Positions 12,056-25,339 of a stretch of 64,000 nucleotides of DNA are shown here, in pieces. Position 1 is the stretch's first letter. Every line of letters begins with the position of its first letter. Origin of the DNA: Tubiluchus corallicola (taxonomy: Eukaryota > Animalia > Priapulida); assembly GCA_030141605.1 (NCBI GenBank), contig JAQGDQ010000019.1, positions 124,001 to 188,000 of the forward strand, written 5' to 3'. The notes below the pieces were generated by a model, which saw only the letters and a program-made list of their open reading frames with translations, did no database searches and had not been told where the DNA came from. Both the position numbers and the translations under genes were made by a program.

Positions 12056-14576
12056 CGAGAGAAAGCACGCCTACACTTCTTCAAAAATTAACTTTCGAAG
12101 TGCTATACACGAGTGGTTCTAACATGTACAACACCAGAACAAGTGTGTCATAAGGCTCTTTATATACTACTAATCTAGTTTAGCCATTATTTGAACTGTG
12201 CCTAATGGGCTTCTCAGATAAAATGAAAATGTCCAATGGGCTACATTCATGTTCCAGCTCTTCCACATAGTTAAGTTCACTTACCTTCATCAGTCTGCTA
12301 CATTAGGACGTAATTAACACAGCAAAAACATCTCCCAATTAAATGCGAGAAATTGAACGTAATAACGAACATTTTGGTTGGGTAGCCGCTGGAAAGCTAA
12401 GTGTTTACTTCGAACGTTAAGATTAAGTTGTCATAGAATATTTCTTGTACATTAATATGTTTTGACACCATTGTCGAGACTGTTTTAATTTTGCAGGACA
12501 TGGAAATACAAGACATTCCACATTCCACTTGGGGATTTAAAGGAAATCAAAATGTTTTACATTTAGGAACTATGACTTTTTTGACGTTTATAGATATTTG
12601 AGAAGCAGAGAAATCGACTGTAAATTGAAGAATGACAATCAATACCCCATCACTCTATTCTAATAACAACAATGAAATTCAACCTATACGAAATCCAATT
12701 GAGCGATTGCAAATTTTCCCTAAAGCTTTTATTGAGTCTATTTCATATTCATTGGCATTTTTCGTGTTAGGAATTTGATTATTAAGAAGACAAAAATTTG
12801 TAAAATTATTGTTTATCAGTAATCTAAAATTGTCTGCAGTTGCTGAAATTTATTAGCTAGCTCTTCTTGTGGCATAAAAACATATAGGTTTTTGATAGCC
12901 GAATTCATAATTGAAGAACTGCATCCATTCCAGCAATCGATTTTCTTCGGCATATAATCAAAAGTAAAATCAGTATGCAAATCAATAAAATCTGTGAGTG
13001 TTCTAGTAAAAAACTAAAAACTTGATTAAACATTTAAAGCAAAGCATTTCGTTAAGAGAAACAACAACAATTTAAAGCCAGAAATGTGCATGTAACCATG
13101 GCTCAAAATGATCAGCGGTCTAAAAATTGAAAGGGGAAATATTGTTAGGATAATGTGCAATAAAAAATTATTAAATAAAAATCCTAATTTCGTTATCTCT
13201 TCACTGTTACACGTTCTTAGCCAACCATACAGAGATGGCAAGAATAAACTCAGTTATGACGTCAGACAGTCTCCTAAAGTCACGTGTTAGCTTAGCGACA
13301 CACTGAAATTTGAAATTGTGAATTTAAAATTTGCCCAAGTTGTTTCATTGTCAGTGCCACACAAACAGCGCTGTATTTCAACCTTTTTTAATAGACGTAA
13401 ACAAAACGAAATCTCCACCCAGCAATGACGCCAACGCCAGCTGCGCTCATGGGCCGTTAATGAATTTCTAGCCTAACATTTTCTTAATTATTATATTGTG
13501 ATAAGATATATTTTGAACTATAGATCAATATCAGGTAAAAATTTTCATGTTTTAATAGTTTGGAACTACACTGTATTGAATTTCCGTCCATTTTGTTATT
13601 TTTGGATTTTTTGTAATTGTCCCATTTTTTAAATTAAGAATGTGCTTATTCTTATGCACGACTTTTTTCTAAAGACTTTTTATCCTTAAGTAAAAATTTT
13701 TAACAACTGTTAGAATTTAACCACGTAGCTAGTTTTTGTTACTATAGTTCGGTCCGAGTTGAACCTACTTGTGCAATCGATGTATTGTAGCAGAAACACA
13801 AAAAGAATGAATATGTCACGTTCTCGCGTAAAACACAAAGTTTACTCTTTTCTGAGCTGAAATTCAGTTTACAAACTTCTGTGGCATTTATATACACCAT
13901 AAAATTCAGCTATGATTAATCACAGCTAATCGGCTTTTTTCTCCACAAGTCGCGCACTAGTGACACGAGCTGGCTTCAGAAACTACTAACGGAGCTTTAG
14001 TAATAGAGGCTGCATAAATACTGGCTTCACAAGCCAGTGAACACTGCAGGAAGTCGAGGCATCAGTGCGACTCTAACTTGATGAAAAGCAACTGAAAGAG
14101 GAATTAAGAATTTTTAGTTCTGTCATTTGTTGAATGAGCTCTATCATTGTAGCGCATGTTGACTGGGGACTTTTAAGCAATTTTCCATATATTATGGTGT
14201 TTATGACACGGTTAGGAACTTTTGCAATTTGCGATTTATAATACCTTATTTTAGAACCACCATAATAGGCACAAAAGAAGCAATAAGCTGGCATCAAATA
14301 AGCATTAAACATATAAGCACAGTCACAAACTGATTACAGAAACATTAAACCGTCACGTTAAAAGCCAGATGGCCTAATTAGGGCAATTTGCATCTACTGC
14401 TTCTTCATTTAAAAAGTTTTGTTTTTGATTAGTTTTTGAAAAAAACTAGTGAGCGGTTACTGTCATAGTCATGTAATGTTTCAATGCAATTAGGTAACTG
14501 TTACTCATTTTAGACAGAGCAGAAGATGGCATATAAACTTAAGCCTATACATATAGCTACACATTTATATATATGT

Positions 14577-14578
<2 letters not shown>

Positions 14579-14657
<79 letters not shown>

Positions 14658-14674
14658 TGCGTGCGTGTGTGTGT
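14579..14674. repeat. (GT)n(GCGT)n compound microsatellite
   Basis: Read directly. Confidence 0.98.
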
Positions 14675-16739
14675 ACCCAAGAATGCTAACATGTTTCGAG
14701 AATAAATCTCGATGTTTTTGTTCAGGCCTACATTTGACTGGAATGTTATTAATACACGTTGTTTTTGAAATTGCAATTGCTGATCTTGCGGCCTCTGTAA
14801 ATTTCGAAATGATGGCATATCTGTCTTTATTTTAATGCATAGTTCCAAGTTGCATGCTTTGTATTAACTTCGAAGGACACTGTTTCACAACATTCCGAGG
14901 TAAGTTGCCTATACTGTTTGCAATGAGTCCCCAGAGTTCAAGTTTTCATTTTACAAACAAAAACCAATGCAAAACAGATCTTAATGATTATTATTTTCAC
15001 AGAACTTGAATTAATACTTATTCATTAGGTAAATTAGCTAGCACAACTCTACACTGGAACTTCACAGTTATGCTGTAGAATTAATGCACTCTGTGTTGCT
15101 CGAGCTGAGCTGCAGTCCCATCATGGAACTGCACGCTATAAATTATCAAATGACATTTAATTTCATTTTCCAACCATTAAGAACACTCATGACAAAACGT
15201 AAAAGGTACACAAATTAGAGACAAAATCCATATATAGTATTATCGTTTTCAGTCTACCGTAATATAACAGATTATTCCACAGGTACGATATAAAGACTAA
15301 TGAGGCCGAAGGCGATGGTGGTGATAAGCTGTATCGATGAAGTTTTTATGTAACAATGAGCTGTCTTAAAGAAATCTACCTGTTTTACCATGACTGATAA
15401 TTTCCTAACAGGCACTGAGATTGCGTTCGCACCTGCCTATGTGCCTGCTGAAAGAATGAGGCCAATCCGTGCCAGCGAATTTATACTTGGTATACAATGC
15501 TGACATGTAATGGCTTCGTAAGTGCTGTCGTTACATGTATGTGCACAGATGCAGAATGTGTGCTGCTCACGAAATTTGCGTAGTAGATAATGAGGTGACA
15601 GTTTTTACTACTAACAGAAGTAAAAGGGAACGGCAAAAATGTTGAAATTATGCACTTATCTTGGACGGGGGAAAAGCCGGTATCCCGGTTACACCGGTAT
15701 CAGTATGGCTGCGCGAAAACGGAAAAAAGTTGAAGATGAATGGCGCGTATATGATACTACGTAAAGTGGTAATCCAGCGGACATTGTGGAGAGGATTGAA
15801 TCTTTTTGAGAGATGGAAATCACACGGAGATATATGGTGAATATGATGAATAACGTGATTCACGAATAACAACTGTGAAATTTTTGCTATACGCTATATT
15901 GCTTTTAACTTTCTTGGTGAGAATGTTCATCCACATAGAACACAATACATACCAGCGTCTATGCGGAGTTAATTTTAGCGGCCATCGTTTTCAGAGAACC
16001 AATAAGGTATTTTAAGAGGTGCCAAGCCTCAAACGTAATTGGCAAATGTCATTTAGTTGGCGATCACTTATTAGCATTAATCGATGACGATCAGTTAATT
16101 ATTGTTAGATTTGACTTCTTACAGATAAAATAAAAAAAACTTTTGAATATGTGTACAATTAGGGTTTTTACAATACAACTAAACATAAAGCATTTGTATT
16201 GTATTTGTATTAACAAAACACATTAATTTTGTCTTTTGTTGGCAAAACAGCTTTGTTACAAGTTATACGTTACACAAAACATTGTTTTTTATTAATAATC
16301 TTGATAATTTATCACTATACTGCCGTCCAGCGTCAATAGTATTTAAATTTTCTATTGTAAATAACTGATTCATTTTAGGTGTAAAACATAGTGACATGTT
16401 TAAATGAATCGGTATTATGTAACAAGTTATCACACAGTCATTTCCTTTATTTTAAGCAACTGCCTGATTAATTAAGCCAAAATGTTCTAAAAATATATTA
16501 AGCAAATATACTTTAGGTCTATAATTCTTTATTTTTAATAAATGAAATAAAGTCTATAAATAAAATAAACCTATATTCTTTATACACGCGACAGTAGGAA
16601 TTAAACAGAATCTTTTGTTACAGAAAAAGTCATAAACAAAAACTGAAAGAGCATACTTCCAATCGAGATTTTGATGGAACATTTTTGATGTGCTACGTCT
16701 AGTTACTCTAATATATAGTTATTTATTGTTGCGCTTGTG

Positions 16740-16781
16740 TTCTTCTTCTTCTCCTCTTCCTCTCCTTTTCTTCTTCTTCTT

Positions 16782-16812
<31 letters not shown>

Positions 16813-16830
16813 TCATCATCATCATTATTC
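16740..16830. repeat. (TTC)n/(ATC)n microsatellite
   Basis: Read directly. Confidence 0.95.
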
Positions 16831-19800
16831 TGCTAACGCTGTTTGTTAATTTTTATTTTTGAATCGGCGGATTGTAGATTTGCTAATATTCCTATTCTTA
16901 AATACATATACACTGAAATATTATCTGTAAACATACTGCATATACATATATGTAGGTACTTGGCATATTGGAAAAATGTGCAGAGCACTTGACGTAATAC
17001 TAGCGCCGATCATGCAGCTGAATCAGATGAAGCCACGTTTTGCCTTGAATTCGTAAAGATTACTATCGAACAAGAATGTGTGTAGAACAATAGTCGGTGG
17101 CACCACCTATGGAGTGCTGTTTGCACTAAACACCTTGCTGAGCTGATTAAAAAAGTTGAATTTCCAGACACATCTAAAAAGAAGCTAATCCGGTTTACCT
17201 CGATCATTAAAGGTAAAAAAAGTCAAACTTATAAGCTTAGCGAACTTAAAAATTAAAAGGTGAATAATGTTTTTTATTAACCGCTTGAAATGACAAAACT
17301 ATAATCGACAGTTTGAACTTTCGTCTACGTAAAAATAGATAACAACCACTTATATACATTTTACACAATAAAAAGCTTAACATATGTAACAAATGAAGTA
17401 TTAACAAGAGACATAACTTATACTATAATGGTTTACGCGTAAACATTGAATACTACATGTCACAGAGCGTTTCTAAAATCTAATTATCACAGATCATTAA
17501 TAATATTAATATTTGCTACAGTTCTTGTCCTATATTTATCATTTTAGGTTAACACCAGTATTTCGCATTTGTAATTTCCTTCCGCTTGGCAGAAAGATTT
17601 TATAAATGTAAGCCTATGAGAAGAGATATTCTAAGCCAGTTCTGAAAAGCACATTGAATAATGCTCCACAGAGGGGCTAAGACGAACAGATAAAGAAAAT
17701 AAACGAATGTATAATAATATTAACAGTGATTTCCAGAAACAGTATTTAAGTGCTCTGTCTCTGTTCAGTACACCGTTTAAGCTTGAAGCGTTGGACGTCT
17801 AACATTATAGCTGCTTTGAATTTTACTAACAGCGAAGGAATCAATATCGCAATGCTTTCGATCTGTAAAGTTATTTCTCGTGTTATTATTCTCAGTTAAC
17901 GCTGCTATTGCTTGATAGCAGTAATTTCCATACCAGAAAATTGCACAAAATTTGCAGTTTAAATTTCCAGAGTCTAAGCACGAATTAGGTTGATTTGCGT
18001 CACATGCGAAACGAAAAACCACATAAAATTCAGTGCCATGGATCGTAGACGAATAGTTTGAAAAATGGTAAACTCTTTTTGGAAAAGAACGTTACTGATT
18101 GATAAGCAAAATATTCAGAACCAATAATTACAGAGAAAGTATTGGAAGAAAGCTAGTACCTGTTTGGAAAAATAAACCGTCAGAGATCTCCAAAAAATAT
18201 CGTAACAATAAACAACGAAAAACTGGGACAAAGTTATCAAAAGGAGGCGGTTCATTGGATAGGACATGCCAGATTTCAAGAAAATTGTCTACAGAAAACA
18301 GATTTTGATGAATAAAAAACCTGTCGAAAGAGCCTCCTGCTGATCAAATTTTATTTATGCAAATAGTCAAAGCTCTTAAAGGCCTATACAACCCTAATAG
18401 TCATTGGGGTTTTTTAATACATTATTAAGATTAGGCAAAGAATGTACAGTTATTTTTCACTGAAAGAAGGGTATAAAATAAATAATTTGTGTTTTTGTTT
18501 CAAATTCCGAACGTGAAGGTTGCCGCTTTGGGGCGAGTGCGCACGAAGGACGTAAACCGTAACAAAAGTTTCTTTGATTATGCTTATGGTAAAGTTTGCA
18601 TGTACGCCTTCATAGCAGACAGAATTTTGTAATAATTATAAAGTCAGTTCAATTCTTCTTCTTCAAATTTAGCTCACTTCTTTGCATTATATGATTAATG
18701 TTCATATGCAAAGGTTTTCTTTCAGTTCAAGTATAATTTTTAAATTGATTAATACTACTCAGGCCTATATTCGGCGATCATAAATGAAGTACGCCTACGT
18801 ATCTGCATTACAATTAAGTCAATTTTAATAAAAATTAAACACATTGTTTGCGGTGTTGCAAAACTCGTTTTTATTTGGCAAGGTAAACTGTTTCGATTAT
18901 AAAAGCACAACTCGAGTTAATATGATTAACAGGCACTGTTAAAGTATAAGGCCAATCGCGAAGAGAGTAAACTAAATCACAGAATATATACTTTGGCGAA
19001 ATTGCAGATTGCTTTTTCGCTTGGGTTTGGTAACGACAGATCTGCATTGGGACAGCAGGAAAATAGCAAACAGCACTCAAAAATAAAAAAAAATACATGG
19101 TACCTAAAGTTCTGCCCAAGTTTAAACTTTCAACTGTAAGCTGTAGCGAGTCATACCACAATCCAAAAATTATAAAATTGTTATTTCATTCATGCTTCAT
19201 ACCTCCCGCCTACGATACGACGCTATTTTCATTTCAGCGCTGATCCTGCTCGATGAAAATACATAATTATTAATCAGTGGGATTTAAATCTGTGTCTCGA
19301 TACTAACTTATTGTACTATACATTAATGAAGTATGCCTACTGCATTACGGGAGAGGAAGTCGCTATTTACTGGGCTAATTATGAATAATTTTTAATGTAA
19401 TCTAATAATATAAGGTTTACTAACCCTTACACATCAGTTATGTAGTTTGAAAAGAAATTTAAAGTTTGATAAGTATATTAGAGAACTGATTACCAATTAT
19501 TCACCAAACAATTGCCCTGTACTAGAGGCATCCAACCCACACTGAATAATGGGTATATTATGTAAAGCGTTCACAGATGTGGATGAATTTCGAGTCACGG
19601 TATTTTGCAAAAATGAGCCAGAAATTGAATTTCATTATTGCTAAAAAAAACTGGCGCTAAAGGCTGCATTTAGAATTACTTCAATCTAAAACAAGATGTG
19701 GCTGCTGGACAGATTGTTACTGACACACCCATCTGCAAACAGTGTCAGAAAAAAGTACAAAAATCCAGAGATTTATGCAGAACCTATTACGACTCCTCCT

Positions 19801-20050
19801 AGGCAACAAAGGGCGTCATCAGAGCAGCCAGCAGTTTGCAGTGTAAGTGCTTAGATCGTATAATTCCACTTGAAAGTGCGTGTAAAGAAGCCATAAAAAG
19901 CACAACGAGCGAACACATGTTTTTTATGCAAGGACGTAGTACCTGCGCGTATGGAGTTAGTAAGCCAGGATTTAAAGCGATGATAAAGGAATTTTGACCT
20001 CGGTGTAGAATACTTATAGTCTAGGCCTAAATCCTGAAAATCCTAAATCC

Positions 20051-20650
20051 TATAAAGTTCTACGGCGTTTTTTCTTAAAGTTGGCAACATAGCCAGTCTT
20101 ATTGATAAGAACATGCTGACTCCGAAAAAAGCTGTTGAAAACTCGAAACATTAGCGGAAAAACATTAAAAACACAAAAACAAAATGGTCGCCAAGTTTTT
20201 GCACAAACAAACGTAAATTAAAAGAAATTTCCAGAAAATTAACATTAAAAAGGCGTTATGACATTTTGCTCTAGGGTAGTTGGACCATTGAACTCATTTA
20301 TGTAATTTTCTTTTCAAAAATGACTACCCGTTTTTCAAAATAGCCGCCGCTAGAAAAAAATCATAAAAAGGTGCTTCTATAAAGTTCCAGGGATATTTTT
20401 TCTAAAAGTGGGTGACATGGCCAGTCTTATTAATGTGACCATGTTGAATACGAAAAAAACTGTTGCCGGCTTGAGAAATTAACGGAAAATGGTGAAAACG
20501 CGAAAACGCAAAGTTTTTGACCGCGCGCAATGTAAATGAAAACAAGTTCCCAGAAAATTAATATTACGAAGCGATGATGACATCTATTCCAGGGCCTTGG
20601 CAATCCATTTCTGTTACTTTTGTTACAAAAATGGTCGCCACACAAAAAAA
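20051..20650. repeat. Two diverged tandem units of ~327 bp
   Basis: TATAAAGTTC...GCCAGTCTTATT...CCAGAAAATTAA...ATGACAT recur starting at 20051 and 20378. Confidence 0.75.
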
Positions 20651-21372
20651 TTATGCTGATCAATTATATTACCTGGTTATCTAAAGATTTATTATAAAAT
20701 AAAAAGCAAGTCATTTTTATTAGTTCGACCTTGTTGAATCTAAATACTGCTAGACTAATAGCAAAATCGTGAAAAATTGTCTTGTCTAAAAGTTATGAAA
20801 TTTTGTGCAATGCGAGAACGCGTCAAAGTGATTAATTTTTGATCAAAAATCCTTCAATATGGGAGCCGCTTTCATGATGACCAATAGCTCACTAGCATAT
20901 AAAGGTTATATCTTAACTATCAGAATAGATAAGATGCTGATTTCGGTAGTTTTAGATCGGTTTTAGATAGAGTGGTGGTGATGAGATAGGTTTTAAGGGT
21001 CAAACAAGATGTAGCTAACGCTTAAAAACACTTATGTGCTCTAGTAGCTAAGATAGCTAAAAAACTAGCAACAGCCTTCCATCCTGTAGGCCATTCTGAA
21101 AGAGCAGCAATACTGGATGATTTTCGTTTGGCCTCGTATCCAAAATTAGTCATGTTGGTGGATTTTAGCTTAGTGTAAAGTAATGTAACTTTTAGATGAA
21201 GTGAGCAAGTTTTTACTTATTAGGCTGTTTGATTCGCTTTGCATTATTTTGGGGCTAGTAACAGCTTTCTGGATTCAAGAAAATCCAGTTGATTGTTTTT
21301 TTCTTTACATAATGAATGTTATGATTGAACGGTTAATGAAACTGCATGATCGGCGCTATTTCGTTATCGCGT

Positions 21373-21550
21373 GCCCGCCATTTTGAAAACGGTAGTCATT
21401 TTTGAAATGAAAATGACAGAAATGTGTTCCTCGGGTCCAACTACCCTGGAATAGATGTCATATTGGCTTCCTAATGTCAATTTTCTAAAAATTTCTGTTA
21501 ATTTACGTTGTTTGTGAAAAAACGTGGCGGCCATTTTTTTGTTTTTATAT
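21373..21550. repeat. Inverted copy of the 20170-20350 repeat unit, possibly inside a Helentron/HINE-like element (~21002-21675)
   Basis: The reverse complement shares AACGTAAATTAA, AGGGTAGTTGGACC and TTTCAAAAATGACTACC with 20170-20350. Confidence 0.75.
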
Positions 21551-24500
21551 TTTTAGCCTCTTTCTGCTAGCCTCAAACTAGCCTAATGACTAACGTAGCT
21601 CAGGCTAGAAACAATCACCTTAGAAGAGCGACGGAACGTTATAATACTATACCCCGGCTGTATTCGCTGTATAACTCATGTGTAAAGAAATATGTTTTTG
21701 TTAGTTGCACAGATTGTGTCATTCGTCTCGCGCAACGAAAAAATAGTAGTTGTTCAAATTTGCCACAGCGAGAGGCGATAAAAAATAAATGAAACAAGTA
21801 AAATAATTTTTAATATTTTTATTCGCCGTAACATTTTACGTCGTAGAAACGTGTATTTTTACTAAAAATATATTTATATTTTGAACTTCAACACTACTAG
21901 AAAGAGACAAGCACATAGGTGAGGTAGAATAAGACCAGAGATTTCTGGTGAACGAAAGTGGCCAGAGGAATGTCTACAGACTCTACAGACGGTGTTACCG
22001 ACGCATGAAACTACCGAATGTTGTGGCTTCTTAAAATGCGACGCGGAATAACTTACTAATTGATTTCTATGGAAGTAATCCGCTGGCATTTTCTGTCTTT
22101 GAAGCTAGGTAGAATTGATTGGAAATGATTATGATCTGTGAATTTCTTTTGTGTTTCTTGAAAATGTTCGGCGTGGTTTCAGCTCTCTTTAAAAGACTTG
22201 AAGTAAATTAGTAATTGCAAGGACGATTAACTGCATCCGCGAGGACCGCGATATAGTGCTACCGATTACGCAATGATGGTTTACGGTGTTTGGCAAAGCT
22301 TACAGTTGCCAAATTCTTTCCACGGTATTGTCCGTCGTTTTTATGTTTTTAAAAATTTAGTTAATTAAAATACAATTTTGCGCGTGTCGTTAAATTTGCG
22401 CCGCTGCTACATTGTCGGTTGACTTCCGAAGTTAAAAGTCAATACAAAAACGAAACTGTATGGCATATATCTTGTTTCAGGGTGGATAAGGCGGTGGTGA
22501 TGGACTTTCGTCTTTCCGCGCGACTTGCGGCTTTTACTTTCATATTCTTGGTTTTTATCAAGCTAATCGAATGCTGATCCACGTTTAATTCAGTTGATTG
22601 GGGGAGGGAGAACTGCTCAAAACCTTTGTTTCCTTCGTACCATCTAGTTGGCAAAATAAGGTAAAACAAAATGGTATAACATGGCATAACAAAAATTAAT
22701 CAACTTAAATAACCAAATGGCAGCAGACATATCATTCCACAATCTTACACGTCCCCTTAATCATTTTCTGCAGTTTCAGTTTACAAGCACGATGCCGTTA
22801 ATCTAATGCAGCACAAACGGTGCAAAACGAAACAGATCTATGACTTTGCTCAAACATTTTTTCATTGTAATTATCAAGCTGGAGAGTTTCGCTGCTAATC
22901 TTAAAACACAACGCGCATTTACAAACGTCTTATCTATTCACTTTGGAACAACAAGTATTTCCAATTCCTAATGTCCATAGACTTAAGCAGCATACAACAG
23001 TTACTAATTAGATACGTAATTATAATTATTATACTCATCAGCGGTTCTTCTTCAAGGATTTCCTCCTCCACGCTAATTACTCGCAGGAGAATTGTCACTT
23101 TGATTACGCTCTGAATGTTGGAGTGAGACGCTTCCCCTACAATTTACGTTCTTTCAACTAAGCAACGTATGTATGTAATCATGATAATCTTTGCAAGACT
23201 TGTACTACATTACCGTAATCAAATGCAATGCTTATTGCATACATGAGTGAAGCACGAACAAACGAGTAAATTCCACCAGTAGGAGAATTTCAGTCGTAGC
23301 ATGGAGCTTGGGAACTACTGCCTATCATTAATGGAATCACCACCTTTTGTTTGCACGTTTAAATACATAGCTGGAAAAATATTTAGTTACGGCGACAGAA
23401 GCAGGGTTATTTGACATTAAAAAAAGAATTTTTTTTGAAAAACAGGGCAACAGGAAGGAAATTTAAGGGATTGAAGGGAATAACAACCTCGTAAAAAGAA
23501 CATCTACGATGGAAATAGAAAATGGGAAACCACGTTCAAGGTAATAATTTTATAGTCACAGATAGAGTCACAGTAGTTCGTTGTATTAGCGGTTTAAAAA
23601 CACGTTGGAAAAATATGATTGAGGCTATGTAATTATTTAGTCGTGTCAAGCAAACGTGACTTCATAGAAAAATACTTCGATTTGTTATTTTGCATTTCTG
23701 CGTATATTGTATTATGAACACGTTATCAAGCAAGACATGCTATATGAAATATTAAGCTAATTATTTATTTGCATGACATGATTCGACGTAGCTAATAATT
23801 TTTAAACCTATTTTTAGAACGGTACTTTTTAAGCCATGCGTCACCAAGCGCCTTGAGGAAAATGTTTGCTCTTCTTGACTACTCACACCTCTTTATAAAA
23901 ACAAACTGCCTGTCAGTTTTAAGAAGAAAATACAAAAACGGAAAACCATTGGAATAAAACTGTGCGTGTATTCCCCCGCAAAATTAGCTTCCTATATTTT
24001 TTGAAATTAGAAATTAACGGAATGCCAGCTAATCACAAAGACGTGAACAAACGCATTCTGAGCAGTTTTATCTGTCATACTGCCATGGTTTTTTCCTCGT
24101 CACTGTGTATTTGCAAATCCGAACGTGGTTAAGATATCTCTGCCAGTTCAATGCTTCACCTTTGATGATTATCTTTGAAATGGAATAGATTATTGTCCCG
24201 CAACAGCCGAGCTTACAGTGCGCCAAACTGCGCAAATAGACACGAAATAAAACATTTCGCGAGAAAACACCAAACTATAAACAAATGCAAAGCCAAGAGA
24301 CTAATTTTACTCAAGATTAACAAACACCATAAGAAGATGCCATTGCTTCAACTGTGAAGAGTTTAGTTATCAAATATTGAAAAAAAATCTGCATTTTTTC
24401 TAGACATTTAAAAATATGTTCACCTAAAGTTCAATTTTTCAACAAATGGTTCCACGAAAGTACATCATAAAGAAACGTTTTCTGTGATTTTCATTCTGTA

Positions 24501-24980
24501 CGACTATGATTAACTAATTGTACAAGCAGTACACCTCATTCATTATCAAAAATAAAGTTATTATATCACACTAATTATATCGGCATTTAATTAGAATGAT
24601 GCGTCATTGCTGCCTTTGACGTAAATGCTAGGTCATCTATCTCAGTGACTGATTAAACTGACAAAATGTCACACTGACGCTGCTTGTTAGAGATTTCAAT
24701 GTTTTTCAAGACTTGCAAGGCTGTAATCAATACAGTTGAGACATACTCGGAAACACATTAGCTATTGTGTTTCTTTGCCGAGGTTTTCAATTACAAAACC
24801 TCTTTTCAACTACCCGCCCAGGTAGCGTACGATCAACGTTTCGTTCGTTCAGGTACATAATGTAATAGCAAACAAATGCCAAAGAAAATAGAAATGACGA
24901 TTTGTCGCACGCGAACGCAAAAGTTGCGGTTATTTTTATGCTAAAGAAGCTGAGGATATAATGCGATATACTGCATATAC

Positions 24981-25109
24981 ATTTTATTCCGAAAACATAG
25001 TGGCTGTACGGCAGCCACGGATGTATTTTGTAGGATGTTGCGTTAAAAAAGTAATTTCTACTCAATAGGGGCCGGAGTGCAGTGTCAGTAAGCCATCCTT
25101 GTCTTGTTG
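24981..25109 (-). CDS. Candidate 129-nt exon with an FN3-like motif (NATSYKIHPWLPYSHYVFGIK), phase 1-1
   Basis: Strong acceptor tttactttttccag| but weak donor T|gtatat. The register resembles the fibronectin type III pattern TSYxIxxLxPxxxYxF. Confidence 0.3.
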
Positions 25110-25339
25110 CTGGAAAAAGTAAATTTAACTTGATGAGAAAAATTTTAGAATAAAAATAATGGAAAAAATTTCCATCCATGAACGTTAATTAAGTTCATTA
25201 AGTCCGCACGATTATCAAATCCAAAAGACATGGTTTAACACAACACCTAACAATTTATTAACACAATATAAAACTGGAACACTAACATAATTCAAAGAAA
25301 TACAACAGTGATGGCAATAGTCTAATAGGTGCAATGAAA

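Noticed and set aside
11877-12153. ER- and SL-repeat ORFs (also 42658..43025), plus HT/CV-repeat ORFs at 14510..14848 and poly-Ile at 40391..40657
   Set aside because: Microsatellite translations. Only the non-repeat part of 42560..42973 is informative (RTE-X-like C-terminus).
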